64,000 nucleotides of DNA from the NCBI GenBank assembly GCA_964016885.1, contig OZ024756.1, forward strand, positions 744,001-808,000. Direction: 5' to 3'. The DNA comes from Eledone cirrhosa. Its lineage: Eukaryota. Below are positions 13,611 to 26,130 of this stretch, one piece after another. The notes under the pieces are model-generated. The model worked only from the letters and a program-made list of their open reading frames with translations. It was not told the origin of the DNA and searched no databases. The translations under genes and the position numbers were made by a program. Within the stretch, counting starts at the first letter, position 1. Every line of letters starts with the position of its first letter.

Positions 13611-13793
13611 AATGTATGTATAGTATATTCGATAATATACTTTGTTTCATTAAAGCCATTTTGTTGATTACTCCTTTTGTTTTTGCCGAGAATAAGTTAG
13701 TGGCATTGTCACGACTTTAAAATTCATAGAAAATGGTCTTCAAAATGTTTTTAATGAAACATACAGTATATAATCAAATATACTATACATACA

Positions 13794-13795
<2 letters not shown>
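13611..13795. mobile_element. MITE-like element with about 50-bp imperfect terminal inverted repeats
   Basis: aatgtatgtatagtatatt...tttcattaaa / tttaatgaaac...aatatactatacatacatt. Confidence 0.5.
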
Positions 13796-13852
<57 letters not shown>

Positions 13853-14010
13853 CGAAGGAGGTGTGGTAAGGAACCAGATGGACCATAACGCACCAGAGTA
13901 CTCAATACTTAGGGTAGTAGAGTGAGTAATAGGAAAATGTTAAACCCCGACGGCAGGGCTCAAGCTGTTTCGACAGCTATTTCTGGACTCCACCACCCTT
14001 ATATATATAT

Positions 14011-14291
14011 AAAGTCTAAAGTCTGTCTTAAGCCAGAAGGCTCATTTGGCCGGTACTTATCCCGGTTTCATGGCGTGAAGCGACTGAGATTACAAGACTG
14101 CCCCCTGGACAGGACGCCAGTCCATCGCAGGGTTAAACCTCTAGCTATTGCTGGTACTCATTTTCAACTAAGTATACTGGAGCAACGTGAAATGAATTGT
14201 TTTTGCTCAAGAACACAACACGCAGTCCAGGAATCGAACCCACGACATTATGATCGTAAATCCAACACCCTTACCACTGGGCCACATGCCT
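14011..14291 (-). mobile_element. CORE-type tRNA SINE, full length
   Basis: Minus strand: TGGCCCAGTGGTAAGG (box A), GGTTCGATTCC (box B), GTGTTCTTGAGCAAAA. Confidence 0.8.
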
Positions 14292-14540
14292 AAGCATATA
14301 TACAATATGCCCCCACACCCTCCCACTGCAAAGTGGGCGTGTAGGTGCCACGGAAAAAAGCACCCAGCACTCACTGTAAACGAGGTTGGTGTTAGGAAGG
14401 GCATCCAGCTGTAGAAATCAAGCCAAAATCTGTTCCTGCATGAGCAAGGCATGGTCAGCCGACCAGACACTGCCCACAACAGGACAACCCGTCTAACCCA
14501 TGCTAGCATGGAAGAATGGACGTTAAACGGTGATAATGAT
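14292..14540 (+). mobile_element. RTE-B 3'UTR fragment
   Basis: Matches 54382-54687 with an internal deletion. Confidence 0.85.
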
Positions 14541-14988
14541 ATATATATATATATACACACACACACATATACGTATATAGAGCTAGCCGTTTTTTCTGAC
14601 TCTGTCCAGAAATAGCCGTCGAAACGGCTTCAGCTCTGCCGTCGGGGTCAAACATTTTCTAATATATATATATCAGAATGGATGCAGTAAAACCCTGTTA
14701 GACAGTTACTCACCAGAGTACTCGATACTTGGGGTAGTAGAGTGTGGTAATATGAAGGAGTAGGGACCCCAACGGCTGAGATGCTGTCGTGTCAACAGCT
14801 AGTTTGGAACTAGCTGTTGACAGGGCAAGAGCTCAGTCGTGGGGTTCCCTCCCCTCCATCATATATATATCATGTAAACTCTCTGTCAGCCAGCATTACA
14901 TTATATTTTTGACATTTTAACATATCGGGTTTCAATAATTGCCCTACATTTAGATATATTTGTACTTACTGCTGCTTGTGGGTGTACC

Positions 14989-14996
14989 ATGTATAT

Positions 14997-15042
<46 letters not shown>

Positions 15043-15077
15043 GTGTGTATATATATATATATATGTATATATGTGTG

Positions 15078-15111
<34 letters not shown>

Positions 15112-16357
15112 CACATATATATATGTATATATGTGTGTATATATATATATGTATATATATATATATACACATATATATATGTATAGATGTGTGTATATAT
15201 ATATATGTATATGTATATATGTATATATGTATATATATATATATATTTCTATGTATATATATATATGTATATATATATGTATATAAATATATATATATAT
15301 ATGTATATATGTATATGTATATATATATATGTATATATGTATATATATATATATGTATATATGTATATGTATATATATACATGTATATATGTATATATAT
15401 ATATATGTATATATGTATATGTATATATATATATATGTATATATGTATATATATATATATGTATATATGTATATATATATATATGTATATATGTATATAT
15501 ATATATATGTATATATGTATATATATATGTATATGTATATATGTATATATATATATGTATATATGTATATATATATATGTATATATGTATATATATATAT
15601 GTATATATGTATATATATATATGTATATATGTATATATATATATGTATATATATATGTATATATGTATATATATATATGTATATATGTATATATATATAT
15701 GTATATATATGTATATATATATATGTATATATATGTATATATATGTATATATATATATGTATATATATGTATATATATATATGTATATATATGTATATAT
15801 ATATGTATATATATATGTATATATATATATATATATATGTATATGTATGTATATATATATGTATGTATATATATATGTATATATATATATGTATGTATAT
15901 ATATATATGTATATGTATATATGTATGTATATATATATGTATGTATATATATATGTATATATGTATGTATATATATATGTATGTATATATGTATGTATAT
16001 ATATATGTATATATATACATGTATGTATATATGTATGTATATATATATGTATATATATATATGTATGTATATATATATGTATATATATATATGTATGTAT
16101 ATATATATATATATATATATGTATATGTATGTATATATATATGTATGTATATATATATGTATATATATATATGTATATATATATATGTATGTATATATAT
16201 ATATGTATATGTATATATGTATGTATATATATATGTATGTATATATATATGTATATATGTATGTATATATATATGTATGTATATATGTATGTATATATAT
16301 ATGTATATATATACATGTATGTATATATGTATGTATATATATATGTATATATATATA
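14989..16357. repeat. (TA)n/(TATG) microsatellite
   Basis: Direct inspection. Confidence 0.97.
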
Positions 16358-16810
16358 TCATTGGATACCATCAGGGTTGCAGGTGTTATATCAGAGTTTT
16401 CCTTCTCCTAGAATTCTGCTTTGACAAAGGCTAAGGGGTCATCTCTCCCACTGATTTTGGATGGCCATTGACTCTTAAGAGCTCCTTTGCCCTTTGTTGA
16501 CTTGTTCTTCTTTTTGGTAAATATCATCTTGGTTAAGAGAGTGGGACTGGCTTTGTGCAGTGCCTTTGCTCACTATAAAAGCTTCACGGCACAGGCATTG
16601 CTTTGTATCTGGAGATCTCTCTGCACTTGTCGTCACATGGTACCAAAGGCAAAGCACTATGTGTCAATAATTGCCACAAGTGTAGTGTTTGTACCAGAGT
16701 TTTCAAGTCGCTGGCTGGACTAAAAAGTCACTCGTTCAGCGCATCGGTAGGGGTTCTCCTACATGGATATAAAGTAGTGGCCGTACTCGAAAACGAGTTG
16801 GCAGCCACCA
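16358..16810 (+). mobile_element. Non-autonomous bipartite RTE/BovB-like element with 5' inversion
   Basis: 16358-16496 is the reverse complement of about 17858-17997; the rest is collinear with 17999-18312. Confidence 0.8.
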
Positions 16811-16872
16811 TGTATATATATATGTATGTATATATATATGTATGTATATATATATGTATGTATATATATATG

Positions 16873-16911
<39 letters not shown>

Positions 16912-17172
16912 ATATATATATATGTATATATATATATGTATATATGTATGTGTGTGTGTATGTATGTATGTATGTATGTATGTATGTATGTATATATGTA
17001 TGTATGTATATATGTATGTATGTATATATATATGTATGTATGTGTATATATATGTATGTGTATATATATGTATGTGTATATATATGTATGTATATATATA
17101 TGTATATATATATGTATGTGTATATATATGTATGTGTATATATATGTATGTGTATATATGTGTATGTATGTA

Positions 17173-17205
<33 letters not shown>

Positions 17206-17500
17206 ATATGTGTATATGTATGTGTATATATATGTATGTATGTGTATATATGTATGTGTATATATATGTATGTATATGTATATGTATGTATGTGTATATA
17301 TATGTATGTATATATATATATATGTATGTGTATATATATGTATGTATATATATATGTATGTATGTGTATATATATGTATGTATATATATATGTATGTATG
17401 TGTATATATATGTATGTGTATGTATGTGTATATGTATGTATGTATATATGTATGTATGTATGTATGTATATATATATATATGTATGTATGTATGTATGTA

Positions 17501-17533
<33 letters not shown>

Positions 17534-17855
17534 ATATATATGTATGTATGTGTATATGTATGTATATGTATGTGTATGTATGTGTATATGTATGTATATG
17601 TGTATGTATGTGTATGTATATATGTATGTATATGTATATATGTATGTATATATATATATGTATGTATATGTATATATGTATGTATATATATATGTATGTA
17701 TGTGTATATGTATGTATGTATATATGTATGTATGTATATGTATGTATGTATGTGTATATGTATGTATGTATATATGTATGTATATATGTATGTATGTGTG
17801 TGTGTATGTATGTGTGTGTGTATGTATATGTGTATGTGTATATATGTATGTATAT
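16811..17855. repeat. (TATG)n/(TA)n microsatellite
   Basis: Direct inspection. Confidence 0.97.
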
Positions 17856-18312
17856 GTCAAAGGGCAAAGGAGCTCTTAAGAGTCAATGGCCATCTAAAAT
17901 CACTGGGAGAGATGACCCCTTAGCCTTTGTCAAGGCAGAATTCTAGGAGAAGGAAAACTCTGATATAACACCTGCAACCCTGATGGTATCCAATGATGTT
18001 GACTTGTTCTTCTTTTTGGTAAATATCATCTTGGTTAAGAGAGTGGGACTGGCTTTGTGCAGTGCCTTTGCTCACTATAAAAGCTTCACGGCACAGGCAT
18101 TGCTTTATATCTGGAGATCTCTCTGCACTTGTCATCACATGGTACCATGGGCCCAGCACTGTGTCAATAATTGTCACAAGTGTAGTGTTTGTACCAGAGT
18201 TTTCAAGTCGCTGGCTGGACTAAAAAGTCACACTCGTTCAGCGCATTGGTAGGGGTTCTCCTACATGGATATAAAGTAGTGGCCGTACTCGAAAACGAGT
18301 TGGCAGCCACCA
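17856..18312 (+). mobile_element. Non-autonomous bipartite RTE/BovB-like element, 5'-truncated
   Basis: RTE 5'UTR motif ctaggagaaggaaaactctg; C2H2 relic [22 protein letters not shown]; 3' hairpin ctcgaaaacgag. Confidence 0.8.
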
Positions 18313-18400
18313 TATATATATATGTATGTATATATATATGTATATATATATATGTATGTATATATATATATGTATGTATGTATGTATATATATATATGTA

Positions 18401-19010
18401 TTGTGTCAGGTCACCAGTTGGTGCTACTGGTAACATGTATCCCAGTACAACCTGTCTCATGGTCGGGTCGTTGGCGACTAAACTGGCAACCCCACCAAGG
18501 TTTCTTGGTGAGGAGGGTGACTTTGGACATCCTGCAGGACTAAAAACAAAACCTGTCAAAAGGCAAAGGGGCTCTTAAGAGTCAATAGCCATCCAAAATC
18601 ACCGGGAGAGATGAGCCCTTAGCCTTTGTCAAGGCAGAATTCTAGGAGAAGGAAAACTCTGATATAACACCTGCAACCCTGATGGTATCCAATGATGTTG
18701 ACTTGTTCTTCTTTTTGGTAAATATCATCTTGGTTAAGAGAGTGGGACTGGCTTTGTGCAGTGCCTTTGCTCACTATAAAAGCTTCACGGCACAGGCATT
18801 GCTTTATATCTGGAGATCTCTCTGCACTTGTCGTCACATGGTACCATGGGCCCAGCACTATGTGTCAATAATTGTCACAAGTGTAGTGTTTGTACCAGAG
18901 TTTTCAAGTCGCTGGCTGGACTAAAAAGTCACATTCGTTCAGCGCATTGGTAGGGGTTCTACATGGATATAAAGTAGTGGCCGTACTCGAAAACGAGTTG
19001 GCAGCCACCA
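18401..19010 (+). mobile_element. Longest copy (610 bp) of the bipartite RTE/BovB-like element
   Basis: As above plus a structured 5' extension. Confidence 0.8.
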
Positions 19011-19413
19011 TATATATGTATGTATATATATATGTATATATATATATGTATGTATATATATATGTATGTATATATATATGTATGTATATATATATGTATA
19101 TATATATATGTATATATATATGTATATATATATATGTATATATATATATGTATATATATATGTATATATATATATGTATATATATATATGTATATATATG
19201 TATATATATATATATATGTTTATATATATATGTATATATATATGTATATATATATATGTATATATATATATGTATATATATATGTATATATATATGTGTA
19301 TATATATATGTATATATATATATGTATATATATATATGTATATATATATGTATATATATATATATGTATATATATATGTATATATATATGTATGTGTATA
19401 TATATATATATAT

Positions 19414-20501
19414 AACTTTGAATAACTTTGAAATGTTTTGGCCAGTATTGGCCCAGGCCATGTCTAACTTAATAGCACCACCTGGCGAAGTCTTTCAATT
19501 CAGGATTTGGGCACCATGGCCCATTCGAGAAGAGAATTACTGTTTGCGGAGACATATCCGGGTGTGGGTGGTTTGTCCGGGATTACTTGGAGGAATTTGT
19601 CCAAAGACTTCTTGAATTTTGTGTGGTCAGTTTCTGTTTTGACGTGTCCTGGTGTGATGTTGAAGAGAGCAGGGCCGATTGAGGTGAAATAATTGTGCCG
19701 TATTGTTGTTAGGAGTTGCGATTTAGATTTTTGAATGGGACGGATAGCACGGGGCCCAAGCCTTGGGTGTATTTTGAAGGTGATGCCAACATCATTTGGG
19801 CAGTTATGATGAAACATTTTCCACATCATGCAGATAATATAACGCTCACGGTGACGTTGGAGTGAGTAAAGTTTCAGCTTTTCCAGTCGACCCCAGTAAT
19901 CAAGGTCTGACATGCCATCTATCTTTTTCGTGATTGCCCTTTGGGGAGCTTCAAGTTTCATGATACTTTGTTTCGTGTGGGGAGACCACAGTGGACAACA
20001 GTATTCAAGGTGTGGTCGGGCGAAAGTGGAGAAGAGAAGGATAATGGTTTGGGAATCTCTCGACTGGAAGGTTCTGAGGATCCAGGAACACATTCTGCGG
20101 GCCATGTCAACTTTGCTGCTTATATTCGTGGTCCAGCTTATGTTGCTGTCCACGGTTACTCCCAAGTCTCTGATGTTGTTAGATGCCACGAGAGTTTCAC
20201 CGGAGGGAAGGGAGTACGGGAGTTTCAGAGCATCCTCTTTTCCAAAGTGGATCAGTTCAAATTTGTCTTCGTTCAGTAACATGTTGTTCTTTTCCACCCA
20301 TTGGGTAACAGCCAGTAGGTCTGACTGAAGGCTTATCCGGTCATCCACGCTATTAATGACCTTTTGGAGCTTGGAATCATCAGCGAAAATTCTAATGTTG
20401 CTGTGTTTGATGATGTCAGTGATGTCATTAATATAGATGATGAAGAAAAGTGGGCCCAACACAGTGCCTTGTGGGACCCCACTACTGACTTTGGCTGGGC
20501 T
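19414..20501 (-). mobile_element. 5'-truncated CR1-like LINE copy, tandem with the full-length copy
   Basis: Near-identical to 20542-21629; starts at SPAKVSSGVPQG. Confidence 0.95.
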
Positions 20502-20502
20502 G

Positions 20503-20536
<34 letters not shown>

Positions 20537-20626
20537 TGTATAAACTTTGAAACTTTGAAATGTTTTGGCCAGTATTGGCCCAGGCCATGTCTAACTTAAT
20601 AGCACCACCTGGCGAAGTCTTTCAAT

Positions 20627-23600
20627 TCAGGATTTGGGCACCATGCCCCATTCGAGAAGAGAATTACTGTTTGCGGAGACATATCCGGGTGTGGGTGGTT
20701 TGTCCGGGATTACTTGGAGGAATTTGTCCAAAGACTTCTTGAATCTTGTGTGGTCAGTTTCTGTTTTGACGTGTCCTGGTGTGATGTTGAAGAGAGCAGG
20801 GCCGATTGAGGTGAAATAATTGTGCCGTATTGTTGTTATGAGTTGCGATTTAGATTTTTGAATGGGACGGATAGCACGGGGCCCAAGCCTTGGGTGTATC
20901 TTGAAGGCGATGCCAACATCATTTGGGCAGTGATGATGGAACATTTTCCACATCATGCAGATAATATAACGCTCACGGCGACGTTGGAGTGAGTAAAGTT
21001 TCAGGTTTTCCAATCGACCCCAGTAGTCAAGGTCTGACATGCCATCTATCTTTTTCGTGATTGCCCTTTGAGGAGCTTCAAGTTTCATGATACTTTGTTT
21101 CGTGTGGGGAGACCACAGTGGACAACAGTATTCAAGGTGTGGTCGGGCGAAAGTAGAGAAGAGAAGGATAATGGTGCGGGAATCTCTCGACTGGAAGGTT
21201 CTGAGGATCCAGGAACACATTCTGCGGGCCATGTCAACTTTGCTGCTTATATGCGTGGTCCAGCTTATGTTGCTGTCCACGGTTACTCCCAAGTCTCTGA
21301 TGTTGTTAGATGCCACGAGAGTTTCCCCGGAGGGAAGGGAGTACGGGAGTTTCAGAGCATCCTCTTTTCCAAAGTGGATCAGTTCGAATTTGTCTTCGTT
21401 CAGTAACATGTTGTTCTTTTCTGCCCATTGGGTAACAGCCAGTAGGTCTGACTGAAGGCTTATCCGGTCATCCACGCCATTGATGACCTTTTGGAGCTTG
21501 GAATCATCAGCGAAAATTTTAATGTTGCTGTGTTTGATGATGTCAGTGATGTCATTAATATAGATGATGAAGAGAAGTGGGCCCAACACAGTGCCTTGTG
21601 GGACTCCACTACTGACTTTGGCTGGGCTTGATTTGACTCCCTCAACTACAACATGTTGGGTTCTGTTTGACAGGAAGCTCTTGATCCACTGCAGCAGCTT
21701 TCCAGTGACACCAATATTGGACAGCTTTCTCAGTAGAATGTTATGATCAACCCTGTCAAAGGCCTTGCTGAAATCAAGGTAGATAACATCAGTGTTGGAA
21801 CCCTCTCCCAAGGCTCTCAAAATGTCATCAAAGTGATGCAGTAGTTGCGTCAGGCAATCCCTTCCATTACGGAATCCATGCTGGTTGGAGTTCAGCATAT
21901 TGTTACTCTCAAGGAAGTGGGTCATTCGCGATCTCACCACTCGCTCAAATACCTTAATGATATGAGAGGTGAGTGAGATTGGACGGTAATTCACGGCAAG
22001 GGATTTGTTTCCCTTTTTGAAAACTGGGACAACAGACTGGGATAGAAGGTTTTCTGGCACATATCCAGCATCCAGTGAGTTCCGCCACAGATTGGCAAGA
22101 GGAGAAGCAAGTTGGTGTTGACACGCCTTCAAGACACAAGCAGGGAACCTATCGGGACCTACTGCTGAATTATGTTTGATTTCCTTTATTGCCGCCAAGA
22201 CATCAGGGGCGCCAAACGTTATGTCCGATAAGGTGTAATGGGGAGTAACATCGCCGATACAGCCCAGATCGGCCATATCAGGATTGCTGAAAACAGAGCA
22301 GTATTGTTTCTGCAGTATCTCACCCATGGTTTTAGCATTGTCTTGAAGAGTGCCATTTTCATCAATTAGAGGGCCAACAGTAGAGCCAGTGATTTTGTGT
22401 TTTTTTGCAAATGAAAAGAACACTTTGGGATTGAGTTTGATCTTCTCAATGGCCCAGGCCTCTTCAGCTCTTCTCTGATTGTTGATGAGGGACATTATGT
22501 TGTTTTGGAGGTTATGTTTTTTAATCTCTAGTGATGAAATGGCAGTCAAGTTGATGTGTTGCTGCTGACAGTATTTCAGCTTGTTGATTTTTTTGTTCGT
22601 TCTCTTAATTTTTCTGATGAGTGTTTTTCTATTTCTAGGGATTCTGCTCTTAGATTTGTTTATAGTTCTTAATGGGGTGTGTTTAGCACATATGTTTGTA
22701 ACAGTGTCCACAAAAGTCTGCCAGGACTTTTTGATGTTAGTGGGTGTATGAGTGTGCGTGAAGGACCAGTCGACATGTGCAAGATCATGACTGATCGCTT
22801 CCCAGTTTGCATTGTGGAAATCCATAGCGTCAAACGGATGGACAGGAGAAATGACATTGGGTTTGTATATTGGACGGTGGAATCTCAGATCACAGAGAAC
22901 CATGTCATGATCAGAGAGTAGAGTTTTCTCCACTGCAATATTGTGGATATTGTCAGTGTGATTGCTGAAAATTAAGTCTAGGACGTTTTTGTGGCACCTC
23001 GTTGGTTCGAGCACTAGTTGGGATAGGAAGAAATCATCCATGAAGTCAAGAAGCGATTCCACAGCTTCCCTGTCAGAGGTTGAGGCAGAAGAACCTGGTG
23101 GCAGGGTGTTTGTGGACCAGTCAACTCCGGGGAGGTTGAAGTCCCCCATCATTAAGATGTTGTCAGGGTGACACTCTTGGATGAAACACTTTATGCTGTT
23201 GAGGCATTCCTTGAAGCATGGTACAGGCGTTTGGGGTGGCCTATAGAGCCCAACTACTAATAGGTTGTTGGTTTGACTGAATACAGTGACTGCCTCACAG
23301 TATCCATTAGTGAATATGTTCATAGCCTCTGTTGAGAAAGAATTATGGACATAAATGGCAGTTCCGCCCTTTCTTCTGCCAGCGCGATCAGCACGGATGG
23401 CTTTGAAATTTTTCACTTTCACCTCGGCTTCCAAGTGGAGGTTACTGAGATGGGTTTCAGTGAGGACGAAGAAAGGGATGTGGTTTGGATGGACATCAAT
23501 CCAGTCCTCCAGGAATTTGATCTTCCATTTTTGAGTATTGGTGGAAGGGCTGATGCCTTGGGCGTTAAGCAAAAATGTAGAGGCGAGAGTGGATGGTTTT

Positions 23601-23647
23601 AATTGTTTTGGTGTGTTGTTAATTTGTTTGTTTGTTAATGGCAGCAA
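20627..23647 (-). CDS. ORF2 APE endonuclease + reverse transcriptase, intact, 1006 aa
   Basis: LTETH, YRPP, GDFNLP, LDL, SDH; NYRPISLT, YLDFSKAFD, GVPQGTVLGP, FADD. Confidence 0.95.
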   Translation of the reverse strand: MLPLTNKQINNTPKQLKPSTLASTFLLNAQGISPSTNTQKWKIKFLEDWIDVHPNHIPFFVLTETHLSNLHLEAEVKVKNFKAIRADRAGRRKGGTAIYVHNSFSTEAMNIFTNGYCEAVTVFSQTNNLLVVGLYRPPQTPVPCFKECLNSIKCFIQECHPDNILMMGDFNLPGVDWSTNTLPPGSSASTSDREAVESLLDFMDDFFLSQLVLEPTRCHKNVLDLIFSNHTDNIHNIAVEKTLLSDHDMVLCDLRFHRPIYKPNVISPVHPFDAMDFHNANWEAISHDLAHVDWSFTHTHTPTNIKKSWQTFVDTVTNICAKHTPLRTINKSKSRIPRNRKTLIRKIKRTNKKINKLKYCQQQHINLTAISSLEIKKHNLQNNIMSLINNQRRAEEAWAIEKIKLNPKVFFSFAKKHKITGSTVGPLIDENGTLQDNAKTMGEILQKQYCSVFSNPDMADLGCIGDVTPHYTLSDITFGAPDVLAAIKEIKHNSAVGPDRFPACVLKACQHQLASPLANLWRNSLDAGYVPENLLSQSVVPVFKKGNKSLAVNYRPISLTSHIIKVFERVVRSRMTHFLESNNMLNSNQHGFRNGRDCLTQLLHHFDDILRALGEGSNTDVIYLDFSKAFDRVDHNILLRKLSNIGVTGKLLQWIKSFLSNRTQHVVVEGVKSSPAKVSSGVPQGTVLGPLLFIIYINDITDIIKHSNIKIFADDSKLQKVINGVDDRISLQSDLLAVTQWAEKNNMLLNEDKFELIHFGKEDALKLPYSLPSGETLVASNNIRDLGVTVDSNISWTTHISSKVDMARRMCSWILRTFQSRDSRTIILLFSTFARPHLEYCCPLWSPHTKQSIMKLEAPQRAITKKIDGMSDLDYWGRLENLKLYSLQRRRERYIICMMWKMFHHHCPNDVGIAFKIHPRLGPRAIRPIQKSKSQLITTIRHNYFTSIGPALFNITPGHVKTETDHTRFKKSLDKFLQVIPDKPPTPGYVSANSNSLLEWGMVPKS

Positions 23648-24792
23648 TGGGAGTTTGTGCAGTGGGGTGATAGTGGAGGGTGGTGCTGGGTGATAGCTCG
23701 AATGTTTTTTTCCAGTTCTTTTGCCAGATTCATTATGGCTAAAAAAGAGGAAGAAGTTTCCTGTTTAGAAGACTGTTGGTGACTGTGGTAGTGGTTATTT
23801 TTATGTAGGTTATGGTTTTTGTTTTTGCTTTTATTTTTAATTTTATTTTCATTTATCCGACGGGTCCCCGGGAGATGGGTAAAGGGACAATCCCGGTCTA
23901 AACACAATCTGTCTCGCAGGGAAAAACGGCAGATTTGTGGATTCCTTGTTTGAGTTATTGGTGGTTGTGTTGGTGTTAAATTAGAGTATGTATTATGGTG
24001 GTGGCTGTTTGTGGGGATAGATCGTTTTGTCCTAGGTAAATGGGTGAATTTGCAGCCACTATCCGTACATATTCTATAGCGTAGAGAGTAGCGGCAAATG
24101 ATGGGGTTTCGAGTGGGTGGGTATGTGGGTGTGGGTGTTGTGAGAGGTGTAGATGATGGTTTGGGTAGGATTTGATGACCTTTGTGGACTGTGGGAGGGA
24201 GAGTTCTTGTTCTGGTATTAGAAGGTAAATTCCTTGACATAGCAGTAGACAAAAATGTTGTAGTAGTAGTAGTAGTAGTAGGCAGAGATGTTGGCAGTGG
24301 TGATGATTGGACTGCTGGGCCAGAGAAAGGATGTGGCGTTTCATGCTGTGAGACAGAGGCTACTGGGGGGTCAATAGTTTCATTTAGTAGATCGGCCATT
24401 GTTGATGAATCAAGGAGTGGTTCACACTGTTGTTGTCGTTGTTGTTGTTGTTGTTGCTGTTGTTGTTGTTGTAGCTGTTGTTGTTGTTGTTGTTGTTGCT
24501 GTTGTAGCTGCTGTTGTTATTGTTGCTGCTGCTGGACAGCATTCAAAGAGAAAACACACCGTAGTTTATCCAAATGTTTATTGATTAATTTAAAAGCAAT
24601 TTCGATTTGCTTTAATTTATTTTGAATCTGTTGTTCAGATCGAGTTTTCAAAAATTGAACTGTACGTTTAGCAATGTCGTTCAGAGATGAAGCATCTATA
24701 TTTTCTGTTTGGGAAAGGCAATGCCATGTGTTTATTAGAATGTCGATTTCATTATCAGACCAGTTCTGTTTGGATTTTTGCTGGTTAGCCAT
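23635..24792 (-). CDS. ORF1: Myb/SANT-like N-terminus, polyQ (one in-frame TAA), two CCCH zinc fingers
   Basis: ORFs 24517-24792 and 23635-24399 are in the same frame, split by CAA>TAA; WSDNEIDILINTW...RSEQQIQNKL; CRYSLRYRICTDSGCKFTH and CRFSLRDRLCLDRDCPFTH. Confidence 0.75.
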
Positions 24793-24803
24793 TCTAGTTT
24801 TGA

Positions 24804-25391
24804 GTGTGTGTGTGTTTTAGTTAAGTATTTCAATATATATATATTTTTTTTTTTTTTAAATTTATTTTTGATTTATTTTTGTTTTTTGTTTTTCTTGTGT
24901 GTGAGTGAGAAGCGTATATATATAAATATGAGTATATATATATATATATATGTATATTCTGGTTATTTGAAATTAATTAAGTTAATGAAAAGACGAAAGT
25001 ATATAATAATAATTTGTAGTTAAAGGAAAATGTACTCACAAGTTCGTGTGTGTGTGTTTTAGTTAAGTATTTCAATATATATATATTTTTTTTAAATTTA
25101 TTTTTGATTTATTTTTGTTTTTTGTTTTTCTTGTGTGTGAGTGAGAAGCGTATATATATAAATATGAGTATATATATATATATGTATATTCTGGTTATTT
25201 GAAATTAATTAAGTTAATGAAAAGACGAAAGTATATAATAATAATTTGTAGTTAAAGGAAAATGTACTCACAAGTTCGAAAACACGTGGTTTCAAATATA
25301 TAATAATATAGATGTATGAAAAATGTATTAACCGGTCAATTTTCAAATATATAATAATATAGATGTATGAAAATGTATTAACCGGTCAATT
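24804..25391. repeat. Tandem duplications in CR1 5'UTR (about 240 bp x2; about 51 bp x2)
   Basis: 24804-25045 / 25046-25278 and 25290-25391. Confidence 0.85.
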
Positions 25392-25476
25392 TTTGTTTGT
25401 TTGGTTTTGTCTTGTGGTTTTGTTTTGTGGCTGTGTGACTTGCTGCTTACTCGGGGAGAGAAGTAAAAACACGTCC

Positions 25477-26130
<654 letters not shown>

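Larger units (their letters stand above)
20542..25476 (-). mobile_element. Full-length CR1-like LINE (ORF1+ORF2) inserted in (TA)n
   Basis: Two overlapping ORFs, (TTTCAAAG)-type 3' tail, 5'UTR with tandem repeats. Confidence 0.9.

Noticed and set aside
14231-14291. tRNA gene
   Set aside because: Box A/B present but continues into a SINE body without acceptor stem or terminator
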